From a virus (Duplodnaviria > Caudoviricetes), in the IMG/VR virus record IMGVR_UViG_3300012202_000001, positions 1 to 60,071 of that record: 60,071 nucleotides of DNA. One strand, 5' to 3'. The stretch's first letter is position 1, and each line of letters opens with the position of its first letter. Position numbers and translations under genes: made by a program. Of this stretch, positions 36,254 through 44,463 are shown one piece after another. The notes below the pieces were generated by a model that was not told the origin of the DNA, ran no database searches, and worked only from the letters and a program-made list of their open reading frames with translations.

Positions 36254-36667
36254 TTAGCGCGTTAGTTTCGCAGTGAGAGTTACCGGATTGGTAAGCGTCG
36301 GCACGCTCACGCGCGTGTACAGAGCCCAGTACGTCACCATCTCAATTCGTCCCACATTGTTCGAGTTCAGATTGGCCGCGGTCGTGAACTTGGTGTTGGT
36401 CACAAAGAAAGCATCGCTGTCTGTATCCGAGGTTTGGACATCGATTTCGAAAGTTCCTGGCGCCCCGGAGAATTGAAACTCCAGCGAGTACCCTACCGGA
36501 TAGAAGAACCCCGACTTGGTGCGTTCCAGTTGAACCGCGATCGAAGACTGGCCGGCAACGATGGCCTGACTCTGCAGCAACACGGCATATTGACCAGGGC
36601 GCAGCAGTTGAGCTTTCCCCGGTCCCAGATAAATTCCCGGCGCTACTGCAATGGCAGTCGGCAGCAT
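36254..36667 (-). CDS. Virion structural protein (paralogue B)
   Basis: Shares QAIVAG..SIAVQLE..KSGFFY..FSGAPGTFEIDV with 36677-37096. Confidence 0.7.
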   Translation of the reverse strand: MLPTAIAVAPGIYLGPGKAQLLRPGQYAVLLQSQAIVAGQSSIAVQLERTKSGFFYPVGYSLEFQFSGAPGTFEIDVQTSDTDSDAFFVTNTKFTTAANLNSNNVGRIEMVTYWALYTRVSVPTLTNPVTLTAKLTR

Positions 36668-36676
36668 AGAGTGATC

Positions 36677-37096
36677 TCAGTGGGTTGCGATGGCGGAAAT
36701 CGTCACCGGATTAGGCCACGTCTTAGCAAACAGTCGAATGAACTTGGGAAAGAATGCAGCCGGCATATCCCAGCGCGCAAAATTATTCGCGTTCGCCGCT
36801 GTGATCGTCGTCGCACTGGCAACGTAGCTGTTTCCAATGTCCGACTCCGAGAATTCCACGTCTATCTCAAAGGTTCCCGGCGCCCCCGAGAAGGACAATT
36901 CTATGGCGGCTCGCGGCACATAAAAGAAGCCGCTCTTGATCCACTCCAACTGCACCGCGATACTGCGCGTGGTTCCGGCCACGATGGCTTGATTCAACCA
37001 AAGTTGCTGCGACTCTCCGCAACGCAACAGCGAAGCCTTGCCATCGCCCGGATACGGACCTGGAGTAACTGGGGGTGTTGGTGAAAGCGCCATCAC
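36677..37096 (-). CDS. Virion structural protein (paralogue A)
   Basis: Shares the same motif blocks with 36254-36667. Confidence 0.7.
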   Translation of the reverse strand: MMALSPTPPVTPGPYPGDGKASLLRCGESQQLWLNQAIVAGTTRSIAVQLEWIKSGFFYVPRAAIELSFSGAPGTFEIDVEFSESDIGNSYVASATTITAANANNFARWDMPAAFFPKFIRLFAKTWPNPVTISAIATH

Positions 37097-37161
37097 ATCC
37101 TCCCTGTTCCTGCTAAAATAACGCTGCGGTCAAACACCGCAATCTCATTCGGAGTGAGATT

Positions 37162-37689
37162 ATGGCCAAACGCAGCGGAAAATATCGCATTTACCGTGCG
37201 CCTGTTGTTCAACCGCTTGATCAATCTATCAGACTGATATCTCTCACCAAAGGCCAAGTCACTACAGTTGACGCCGCGAAGTACGAATGGCTCATGCAGT
37301 GGAACTGGATTGCTCACTGGAATGTCTGCACGAAATCCTTCTACGCATGTCGCAGTAATGGTGGACAAGCTATGCACCGCATGCTTCTCGGACTGAAACG
37401 AGGAGAGTTTGGTGATCACAGTAACCATGACACTTTGGATAATCGCCTCTCGAATATTAGAAGGTGTACGCGAAATCAAAACATGCAGAACCGTCGCTTG
37501 TTTTCTAATAACACGTCGAAGATGACTGGAGTGTCTTACCACGCTCGCGACAAATGTTGGCAAGCCTATATAAACACTGACGGCAGGAGAACATACTTGG
37601 GATACTTTGGCACCAAAGAAGAAGCCGCGAAAGCGCGACTCGCAGCCACCGTTGAACAACATGAAAAGTTTCGCTATATCCATCATTAG
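37162..37689 (+). CDS. HNH-AP2 homing endonuclease, antisense to the head operon
   Basis: ISLTKGQ, MHRMLLG, DHSNHDTLDNRLSNIR, WQAYI..YLGYF.TKEEAA. Confidence 0.9.
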   Translation: MAKRSGKYRIYRAPVVQPLDQSIRLISLTKGQVTTVDAAKYEWLMQWNWIAHWNVCTKSFYACRSNGGQAMHRMLLGLKRGEFGDHSNHDTLDNRLSNIRRCTRNQNMQNRRLFSNNTSKMTGVSYHARDKCWQAYINTDGRRTYLGYFGTKEEAAKARLAATVEQHEKFRYIHH

Positions 37690-38771
37690 AATCGGCCTAT
37701 GTTTAAGCCCATCGCCGTGGTACCGAAGCCGTCATCGGAACCAGATCCAGTGTCGCACCGCACTTTATTCAGGTAGAGTTCCAGCAAGCCGGAGTCGGTG
37801 ATTTTAAGCGGCTTGATTTTCCGCTGATAAACTTTCTCTGCAGCCGTCGCCAGAAACTTGTAATCCGCACCCGCCCCGCGCTCGACATTCTCTCCCTTGT
37901 TCGCTTCCTTCCACAGATAAGACTGGACGCGCGCCTGTTCAATCACTATTTCTTCCGTTAGGGGATAGGGCACCGTGTCGCTGGGGTTCTGCAGCCGCGG
38001 CCCACGATAAATGTAGTGGTAGCTGTAGGGAAGAATACTCAAGGGATGCGGCCACAGTTCATAGAGCATGAATCCGAACGTGGGACTCGGTGTAGGCGAA
38101 GGCAAAGTGTTGGGGTTGATGCGATTGTCAATCTCGTAAGGGACCACGTAGGCCGGATCGGTGAAGATAGTCCGCTGCGGATCATCGAAGGTCAGATCGC
38201 GCTGTGACTTGCTCCAGTAATCGAGCGCGTAATTGTTAGTCGTATCGCGCACGTCCATAAAGCGCTTGAAATTGTTGACCGTCGTCTGTCCAGAGACCGC
38301 ACTGACCGGCGCGGGAAAGTATGCCTGATAAATCATGTATGCCTGTCCGGGACCTTGCGGCTCTCCCCAGGCGCGATCGAGAAACAGGGTTCCAAAAGGC
38401 GGATTGCTGGTGGTGTTATAGTCCACGATGTTGTAGAGCGAGTAGGAAGGATTGCGGAACTGGCAGACGGTCAAGGCCGCAAAGGGACTGGAAGCAACAT
38501 AAGTTGCCCAGGCTGCCGAGGCGGTCACATCGCCGATGACTTGCGTACTCCCGATTCGGGTAGTCACCGTCCCGGAACTGTTTGCCACTGCCGCAGTATT
38601 TGAGGGAAACAAGAGCCCCGGAGTGATCCAGTTGGATTCGCGGCACTGGAAGGACCACAACTGTTCATCCTCGATAACGCCCAGCGCCTCATCTAGCAGG
38701 GTACGCGCGTAGATGTCGGAGAGATTCGGAATCTCCAGCGTCATGCGCTTCGACATGGTATTCAAAGACAT
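37686..38771 (-). CDS. Head completion/adaptor-like protein
   Basis: ELWPHP motif; follows capsid-associated genes. Confidence 0.55.
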   Translation of the reverse strand: MSLNTMSKRMTLEIPNLSDIYARTLLDEALGVIEDEQLWSFQCRESNWITPGLLFPSNTAAVANSSGTVTTRIGSTQVIGDVTASAAWATYVASSPFAALTVCQFRNPSYSLYNIVDYNTTSNPPFGTLFLDRAWGEPQGPGQAYMIYQAYFPAPVSAVSGQTTVNNFKRFMDVRDTTNNYALDYWSKSQRDLTFDDPQRTIFTDPAYVVPYEIDNRINPNTLPSPTPSPTFGFMLYELWPHPLSILPYSYHYIYRGPRLQNPSDTVPYPLTEEIVIEQARVQSYLWKEANKGENVERGAGADYKFLATAAEKVYQRKIKPLKITDSGLLELYLNKVRCDTGSGSDDGFGTTAMGLNIGRF

Positions 38772-38990
38772 CTAGCGCTTGATCCCTCTCTTTCCCGGCG
38801 CAGTCTTGCCTTTCTTCTTGCTGGTTGTCTGCTTGCCGGTTTTCCTCATAAAGTACGTGCCGGCATCTCCCTTTTCCATTGCCGCTTTTTGTGCATATCG
38901 GTACTTGGGAGTGGGGGCCTTTTGGTCCGCCTTGTCCAACTTCTCATCTGCCGCGTCTGCCATCTTCCAGAATCCGGTTGGGTCTGCCAT
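38772..38990 (-). CDS. Small basic hypothetical protein
   Basis: AGGAG RBS; K-rich C-terminus. Confidence 0.65.
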   Translation of the reverse strand: MADPTGFWKMADAADEKLDKADQKAPTPKYRYAQKAAMEKGDAGTYFMRKTGKQTTSKKKGKTAPGKRGIKR

Positions 38991-39010
38991 AAATTCTCCT
39001 GCTCTCCCAT

Positions 39011-39054
39011 AAAAGAAAAGGCGTCTTAGCGCCTTGCCGCGCCAAAGACGCCCT
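39011..39054 (-). terminator. Intrinsic terminator after the capsid genes
   Basis: GGCGTCTT..AAGACGCC stem followed by TTTTCTTTT on the minus strand. Confidence 0.75.
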
Positions 39055-39080
39055 AAACTCTCCCCTTAAACAATTCTTCT

Positions 39081-39443
39081 CTAGTATTGGCCCCCAATAA
39101 AGAAGAACTGGAAGTTCTTGGTCGACAAATTTACGGCTGCCGACACTTCCGCGCCGATAGCCGGCGTGCCAGCCGTGAAGTTGAAATAGCGAAACCGCCA
39201 CGTCTGCCTTGGCCCCGTTCCAGTGGCTTGCGGGATGGCAATCGTGGTCCCATCAGTCGAGACCGCCATGCCGGGGATGGAATCAATGTAGGTCTGAAAC
39301 GGCAAGCCAGTGATTACATCTCCCCCCGAGACTGGCGGACCCAATGCAAATTGAACGTAGGACGCAGGACCGGCTCCGAAGGCAACGTATAAGCGGCGTC
39401 TTCCCACCAGATCCGGGTAACCGTGCAGCAGTGTAATTTGCAT
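39081..39443 (-). CDS. Capsid decoration-like protein
   Basis: AGGAG RBS before MQITLLHGYPD; C-terminal GAEVSAAVNLS. Confidence 0.6.
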   Translation of the reverse strand: MQITLLHGYPDLVGRRRLYVAFGAGPASYVQFALGPPVSGGDVITGLPFQTYIDSIPGMAVSTDGTTIAIPQATGTGPRQTWRFRYFNFTAGTPAIGAEVSAAVNLSTKNFQFFFIGGQY

Positions 39444-39453
39444 TCGAACTCTC

Positions 39454-40134
39454 CTAGTCCTGCACGATCGGCACGTTATCAAGAAGGATGCGGAACAATC
39501 TGCCGGTACTTCCGTTGAAAGGAATATCGAAAGACGTTCCGATGATCTGCCCAAACAGAGCATAGGTTAAGGCCGTGCTCTGGGTAGGATCATCCACCGT
39601 TCCATTGTTGGCAACCGTTGACATTGCGATCATGTCGCCGACCAACGGAGTGGCGTTAGTTAAAGTGGTAGTTGCCAGGACGGAAGCGACTCCAAGCTCC
39701 TGTACCCACCCGAAATTTCCCGGTGTGATCACGTTCAGGAACACGAAGGGACGAATCGGTTTTCCGCCGCCACCAATGGATTTGTCATAGCTTGTGACAA
39801 CGTTCATCGATACTGGTAGCTGGCCGCCGATGTTGCCAATGTCTTGACTTACGGCTGCCTGGGAAGGAATCAGTCCGATGGTTCCCGTCTTTACGTTCGC
39901 AGCCGTCGCACCCGAGTCGACCTGAATGCGGCGATAGCGACCCGCATATAGAATCCCGGTCGATGGTCTGCAGTTGCGGAACGCTTCCAGGCTGGTGCAG
40001 TCGAAGTAGTCGCCGAGATTCAGCCCACCCGCGTTATACGGGAACCCGGTGTACACATCTGCCATGCCCGAAGCAGACGTGTCATTTGCGCCGTTTAGGA
40101 CCACCCAGGCGGGTAACGCTTGTTGCAGAGGCAT
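39454..40134 (-). CDS. Capsid cement/decoration-like protein
   Basis: Directly after the capsid gene; GNFGWVQELG motif. Confidence 0.6.
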   Translation of the reverse strand: MPLQQALPAWVVLNGANDTSASGMADVYTGFPYNAGGLNLGDYFDCTSLEAFRNCRPSTGILYAGRYRRIQVDSGATAANVKTGTIGLIPSQAAVSQDIGNIGGQLPVSMNVVTSYDKSIGGGGKPIRPFVFLNVITPGNFGWVQELGVASVLATTTLTNATPLVGDMIAMSTVANNGTVDDPTQSTALTYALFGQIIGTSFDIPFNGSTGRLFRILLDNVPIVQD

Positions 40135-40173
40135 TGTGATCTCCTTGAGCTAAATCCCAACTTAAAATCTGCC

Positions 40174-41490
40174 TTACGAGCTAAAGCCGAACAGCACGGT
40201 CGAGTGCCGGGGAAGCGGATTGTAGAGATTGGTTCCCAGGCGCATGTACAGCGCATCGATTGAAACGTTGTTCGGGAAGGGCGCGCGTCTCAGACCAAAG
40301 TTCCAGCCCGACTTGTCGGTCGGTCGCAGCTTGAAATCCTTCGAGGTGAGCATGTAGAGCACTTCGCCCACGGTGTTGGTCGCATTCGAAGGCAAGCCGC
40401 TGCCGGTCGGAGAGGTACCCACGTTTACGCCCCCGGCAGTGTACTGCGGAGTGACGATGGTCGAGGTTACGGTCGAGACGCCGGAGCCGTCCACCAACTG
40501 CGTGTTCCCCGCGGCCCCCGAAGCCGGCGCCAGCGGAATGTAATTGCCGGCAATCTGCGATGGTGCCAGGGGATCATCGTAGATGTCGAGAGAATTGAAC
40601 TTCAGGCTGTCCCACTTGATGTCGTGCCGGGAGTTTGATACGTCGCGCCGCTGCGAGTCCAGGGCATTGGCAATGGCGGCGAAGCCAAACACGTTCGTAA
40701 TCCCCAAGTCAACTTCGCCCCCGGTCACTCTGGCCTGTGCCCATCCTTTCATCAGCGCATTGAAATCAATCTGGCCCACGCCGTTGGTCGCGAGCGCTGC
40801 CTGGGAAGCGCCGGAAGTTGTTCCCCCCAGCCAGATCGGAGTCGAGTTCAACGCGATTCCGATTGCGCTGTTACGGGTCGAGCCTCCGTAGGTCGAGTAA
40901 ATATTTCCAAACGGGGAAGGATCGATGCCGTTATTCAGCGACTCATCGAGCCCGTTCGAATTTAGAGTGCGATTGTCCGAGATGCCGACTGCGGATGCTT
41001 GGCCATGCCGGAAGCTATCCATTTCAAGCATGGTATTGATCATGCTCGTCATGTTCTGGATCAGCACTTCGTACATGTCGTAGATGCGCGCGGGTCCGGA
41101 ATTGACCACGCCCCCGCCCGATCCATCATCCAACTCCCAGTCATCGATCGGCACCCAGGAGACATACGCCTTGGGGAAAAACTTCATCCCGGAAGTAATC
41201 TGCTGGCGAAGCACCGTAACCGTCGATCCCGGCGAGAGCGCCGCGCCCTGAACGTGTCCATAGAGGAAGTTCTCGCGCATGGCGGAACCACCCAGGAACG
41301 GGTCCGCGACTCCCTTGCGCCGCAGCACGGCTTGGAATGCTGTGTCCACGAACAGATTGTCGAAGACCACATTTTTGCGGACACTCTCAAGGTTGCTAGC
41401 ATCTATTTCGTTGAAGAGCGGGTCCGTGATGAAGCAGAAGCTCAACGAAAACAACCGTTGGATGAAAAGCACCAGCAACTTGATAATCAT
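40174..41490 (-). CDS. Major capsid protein
   Basis: 438 aa, after the scaffold gene; N-terminal D.LF..T.F..LR and C-terminal GTNLY..PRH pattern. Confidence 0.75.
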   Translation of the reverse strand: MIIKLLVLFIQRLFSLSFCFITDPLFNEIDASNLESVRKNVVFDNLFVDTAFQAVLRRKGVADPFLGGSAMRENFLYGHVQGAALSPGSTVTVLRQQITSGMKFFPKAYVSWVPIDDWELDDGSGGGVVNSGPARIYDMYEVLIQNMTSMINTMLEMDSFRHGQASAVGISDNRTLNSNGLDESLNNGIDPSPFGNIYSTYGGSTRNSAIGIALNSTPIWLGGTTSGASQAALATNGVGQIDFNALMKGWAQARVTGGEVDLGITNVFGFAAIANALDSQRRDVSNSRHDIKWDSLKFNSLDIYDDPLAPSQIAGNYIPLAPASGAAGNTQLVDGSGVSTVTSTIVTPQYTAGGVNVGTSPTGSGLPSNATNTVGEVLYMLTSKDFKLRPTDKSGWNFGLRRAPFPNNVSIDALYMRLGTNLYNPLPRHSTVLFGFSS

Positions 41491-41541
41491 TTTCGTTCGC
41501 TCCTATGCAATGGACAAAACTTTGTCGGAACTCCTCCGGCC

Positions 41542-42390
41542 TTACTGGACAGTGGAGGAACGTTCTGCAAACTCTTTTTGGATGTTGGCATGAGTGTTGG
41601 CTTTACGCTGCTCAGGCGTCATCTTCAACGGATCCTGGCGCTTGCCTTCGGCGACTGCCTTGCTCACACTGGAAAATTCCGATTCCCGCGGAATGCGCAC
41701 GTTGGGATTGTTGCCAATCTTTTCCGACCATTCCTTGTCGGAAGCCTCGCGCGCTTCTTTGCGGATGGCGTCGTCGTGCTTCTTGGCTTCTTCCGCCTTA
41801 ATGGTGGATTCGCGTGCGGCAAAATCGTATTTCTTGGCCGCCCACTCCGCAGGTGACATGCGATTGGCGGAAGCCTCGCGGATAAGAGCCGTGGGCGAGT
41901 CCGGCATCTCTTTGCCATGCAGTCGGCGATAGTTCCATTGCGTATCGGCGGCAAACGAGAAGGCGTTACCGAGATCAGTCGACAGTTCTTTCTTGATGTC
42001 GACAAAGCCAGGGCTTCCCGGCGTAGTGCCGGCGCCGGCCACAAACTTGCCGTCTGCGGCGCGCGGGGCGGGGGAACCGGCAGTGGGCAGGGCATCGAGA
42101 ATTTCTTTGGGCAGATACCCGGAGTCCTTGACTTTGCCGATAAACGCTTCCGCGGCAGCCAGCTTGGTGGAGAGCACGGTATCGCGATCGGCCCAGTTGG
42201 CCAGCGCCGGCGCGATCGTCCGGTCGTATTCCTCGCGTTGCGCGCGCAGAGCCAGTTCGCCTTTTTCTTGGGCTTCGTTGGCGGATGACACTATCCGCGT
42301 CAGACCTTCCATCTTGGCCTGATCGAAACCCTTGATGTCGTCATCACTCCAGCCGGTTTCCTTCAAAACTTCTGCCACAGTTTTTGCCAT
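41542..42390 (-). CDS. Scaffolding protein
   Basis: Helical A/E/K-rich; immediately upstream of the capsid gene. Confidence 0.65.
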   Translation of the reverse strand: MAKTVAEVLKETGWSDDDIKGFDQAKMEGLTRIVSSANEAQEKGELALRAQREEYDRTIAPALANWADRDTVLSTKLAAAEAFIGKVKDSGYLPKEILDALPTAGSPAPRAADGKFVAGAGTTPGSPGFVDIKKELSTDLGNAFSFAADTQWNYRRLHGKEMPDSPTALIREASANRMSPAEWAAKKYDFAARESTIKAEEAKKHDDAIRKEAREASDKEWSEKIGNNPNVRIPRESEFSSVSKAVAEGKRQDPLKMTPEQRKANTHANIQKEFAERSSTVQ

Positions 42391-42407
42391 AGGTGCTCCT
42401 CAGAACT

Positions 42408-42710
42408 CTAATAAGGTGGAGACTGCTGCGGCGCTTCGTTCTTAGGCTGGCTCACCAGCGCAGTTTGGGCTTCCTGAATCCCTTCGGCAGCCTTCGATAG
42501 TCCCGCGGCCATGACCGGGCTTTGTTGGGCCAGCGCCTTGCAAGCCTGATAAAGCTTGGCCAGCATCATGCTCTCCTGGCTGGCTGGCGCCTGGGAGGGC
42601 TGTCCAGCTTCGGGACCACCACCACCGGGGGGAGAGGGTTGCGGCTGTCCGCCGCCTGGACCTGCTGCGCCGGGGCCGGCGCCGGGATCTGGGGTTCCGG
42701 GTGCGCCCAT
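42408..42710 (-). CDS. Pro/Gly/Gln-rich head-region protein
   Basis: TAATG coupling; composition. Confidence 0.65.
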   Translation of the reverse strand: MGAPGTPDPGAGPGAAGPGGGQPQPSPPGGGGPEAGQPSQAPASQESMMLAKLYQACKALAQQSPVMAAGLSKAAEGIQEAQTALVSQPKNEAPQQSPPY

Positions 42711-42853
42711 TATCGCTTTTTCCCTTTTTTGGTGTGCGCCGTCTTCAGCAGATGCTTTCCTTTACCGCCGCCATGCCCACCTTGTTTCGCACTGCGGTGA
42801 TTCTGTGCAGCATGGTGCTTGACCATGCGGAACTTACCTTTTTTACGTGGCAT
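42710..42853 (-). CDS. 47-aa K/H/G-rich basic peptide, not in ORF track
   Basis: MPRKKGKFRMVKHHAAQNHRSAKQGGHGGGKGKHLLKTAHTKKGKKR; GAGG RBS. Confidence 0.65.
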   Translation of the reverse strand: MPRKKGKFRMVKHHAAQNHRSAKQGGHGGGKGKHLLKTAHTKKGKKR

Positions 42854-42929
42854 CGCCGACCTCTCAGGAATTGGAAAGAGAAGCATGAAAGGGGAGCAAA
42901 GGCTGCTCCCCTTAGATTTCTACTCGGGC

Positions 42930-43022
42930 TTACTTGCCCCGACGCTTCCGTCCACCCTTGTGCCGTTTCTTGCCGCCCTTCTTCATGTGGGAACGCTTGC
43001 CGCCGCGATGACGCTTTGCCAT
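42930..43022 (-). CDS. 30-aa protamine-like peptide, not in ORF track
   Basis: MAKRHRGGKRSHMKKGGKKRHKGGRKRRGK; GGAGG RBS. Confidence 0.7.
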   Translation of the reverse strand: MAKRHRGGKRSHMKKGGKKRHKGGRKRRGK

Positions 43023-43031
43023 ATTTCCTCC

Positions 43032-43073
43032 AAAAAAAGACGGCTCTGAAAACCGTCTTAGGTTTCAGAGCCG
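43032..43073 (-). terminator. Terminator/attenuator in the head-operon leader
   Basis: 11-bp stem CGGCTCTGAAA/TTTCAGAGCCG followed by TC and T7, directly before the GGAGG RBS. Confidence 0.7.
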
Positions 43074-43124
43074 CTGGCAATTCCCAAAGTAAAGGCTGTC
43101 GGCGAATCTCGCTGTACGTCTGAA

Positions 43125-43153
43125 GACTTACAGCAACGAAAATTTTAAGTCAA
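43125..43153 (-). promoter_or_regulatory. Candidate late promoter
   Basis: TTGACT-17 nt-TAAGTC. Confidence 0.45.
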
Positions 43154-43163
43154 GCGAAATCGC

Positions 43164-43625
43164 TTATTGCAGCGCGATGCTAACTGTCGCTGGAGCCGGA
43201 ATCGTGATGGTCAGTATGTCCGGTGTGGTGGTACTAACTGCATCCACCATCGCACTAATAGCGTCTCCGGGGTCGGCGGCAACGCCAGTAACCGGCACGT
43301 CAGCGGATCCATCGGCATTGAACACCGCGGTTCCGAAACTAACATTGGCGGGAGTAGCGGCGCTGAGTACGAGCGTGTCCGCGGTGGTGATGGGAAACAC
43401 CGTGCCATCCGGCTTGGTGGCGGTGACGTGTGCGGTAGCGGTTTCTCCGACAGCGATAGTCTTGGGCATAAGCTTGATCCTCACATGGGTAACGTGTTGG
43501 TGCTTGAACTCGTGTTGCAGTATGACACGGATGCGGCGCAGTTCTTCCGCCGCTTTAGCGATTTCTTCCAGGATCTCAACGAATACCCGGTCCAGACCGT
43601 GATCGAGATTAAGGTAGCGAGCCAT
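43164..43625 (-). CDS. Ig-like domain protein
   Basis: N-terminal helix, then a T/A/V-rich beta sandwich (IAVGETATAHVTA..DGT). Confidence 0.65.
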   Translation of the reverse strand: MARYLNLDHGLDRVFVEILEEIAKAAEELRRIRVILQHEFKHQHVTHVRIKLMPKTIAVGETATAHVTATKPDGTVFPITTADTLVLSAATPANVSFGTAVFNADGSADVPVTGVAADPGDAISAMVDAVSTTTPDILTITIPAPATVSIALQ

Positions 43626-43628
43626 GCA

Positions 43629-43862
43629 TCACATTCCCAGAACTTCGCGCACTTTTTCCCGCTGCGCCGCTGTGGCGCGAGTCTTTTCCTTGAGCACAAT
43701 CCGCTGTATACCACCTTCGCTAATGTGATAGGTGAGTTCGCCGGTAGTTTTACGTTCGCGAATCACCCGCAGAATAGTTTCCGGGGGGACTTTACCGTCA
43801 ACGAATGTCGTCTCCGTCAAAAGAAAATCAGTGTTGGTCCGTATCAAGTCATCCTCACGCAT
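43629..43862 (-). CDS. Hypothetical protein
   Basis: Operon ORF. Confidence 0.6.
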   Translation of the reverse strand: MREDDLIRTNTDFLLTETTFVDGKVPPETILRVIRERKTTGELTYHISEGGIQRIVLKEKTRATAAQREKVREVLGM

Positions 43863-43863
43863 G

Positions 43864-44463
43864 TCATTGAACCGTCAACTCCGAACCGTCGTCTGGATTA
43901 TTCAATCGCCTGATCGACGCGGCTAATTCATTACGCGTAGTCAGATTAGGCACTTTCCTTTTCCCGCCACATCGCATCTGCGCCAAAGCATCAGACAGTT
44001 GAATCGCCAGCAATGCTCGTTCTTTTTTTTCGATCATATAGGGGAGAAGGGCGCGAAGAACTGGTCCAACTCGCTGCCCTTGCAATCGCCAGTAAAAGCA
44101 TTCGTGCCGGCGATCTTTCTTTTTGTAAAAATGGAACTCGCCAGCAAATTTCTTATGCAACCACTTGGTAACCGCCTCTGAGTACATCATCACTTGCAAC
44201 CTCAGAGTGGTTTGATTGAAGCCTTTCTTGTTTACAAATATGCGCGCGTAAATCGTGCCTTCACCGTCCACGATGCCAGCCGCGTACGCTAAATCGCTAG
44301 GGGATTCAGGAATTCGGGAGACAACGCGAGCATTCGGAGAGTGCCCTTCGGCATACTTCAACCACGTCTTAAATTCTCCGTTGGTATAAAACCGTTTTGC
44401 TGGTTCACCGCAACCGCACTTGCACAACCTAGGAAGTTTTTTGGACGACTCTCGGTTCTCCAC
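43864..44463 (-). CDS. Free-standing LAGLIDADG homing endonuclease
   Basis: LAYAAGIVDGEGTI, LLPYMIEKKERA; N-terminal CKCGCG; overlaps the portal 3' end. Confidence 0.85.
   Translation of the reverse strand: MENRESSKKLPRLCKCGCGEPAKRFYTNGEFKTWLKYAEGHSPNARVVSRIPESPSDLAYAAGIVDGEGTIYARIFVNKKGFNQTTLRLQVMMYSEAVTKWLHKKFAGEFHFYKKKDRRHECFYWRLQGQRVGPVLRALLPYMIEKKERALLAIQLSDALAQMRCGGKRKVPNLTTRNELAASIRRLNNPDDGSELTVQ

Noticed and set aside
37093-37686. Minus-strand 197-aa ORF (and 22890-23435) filling the structural operon
   Set aside because: Exact antisense of clear HNH genes with no protein-like motifs; a role in translational coupling cannot be excluded
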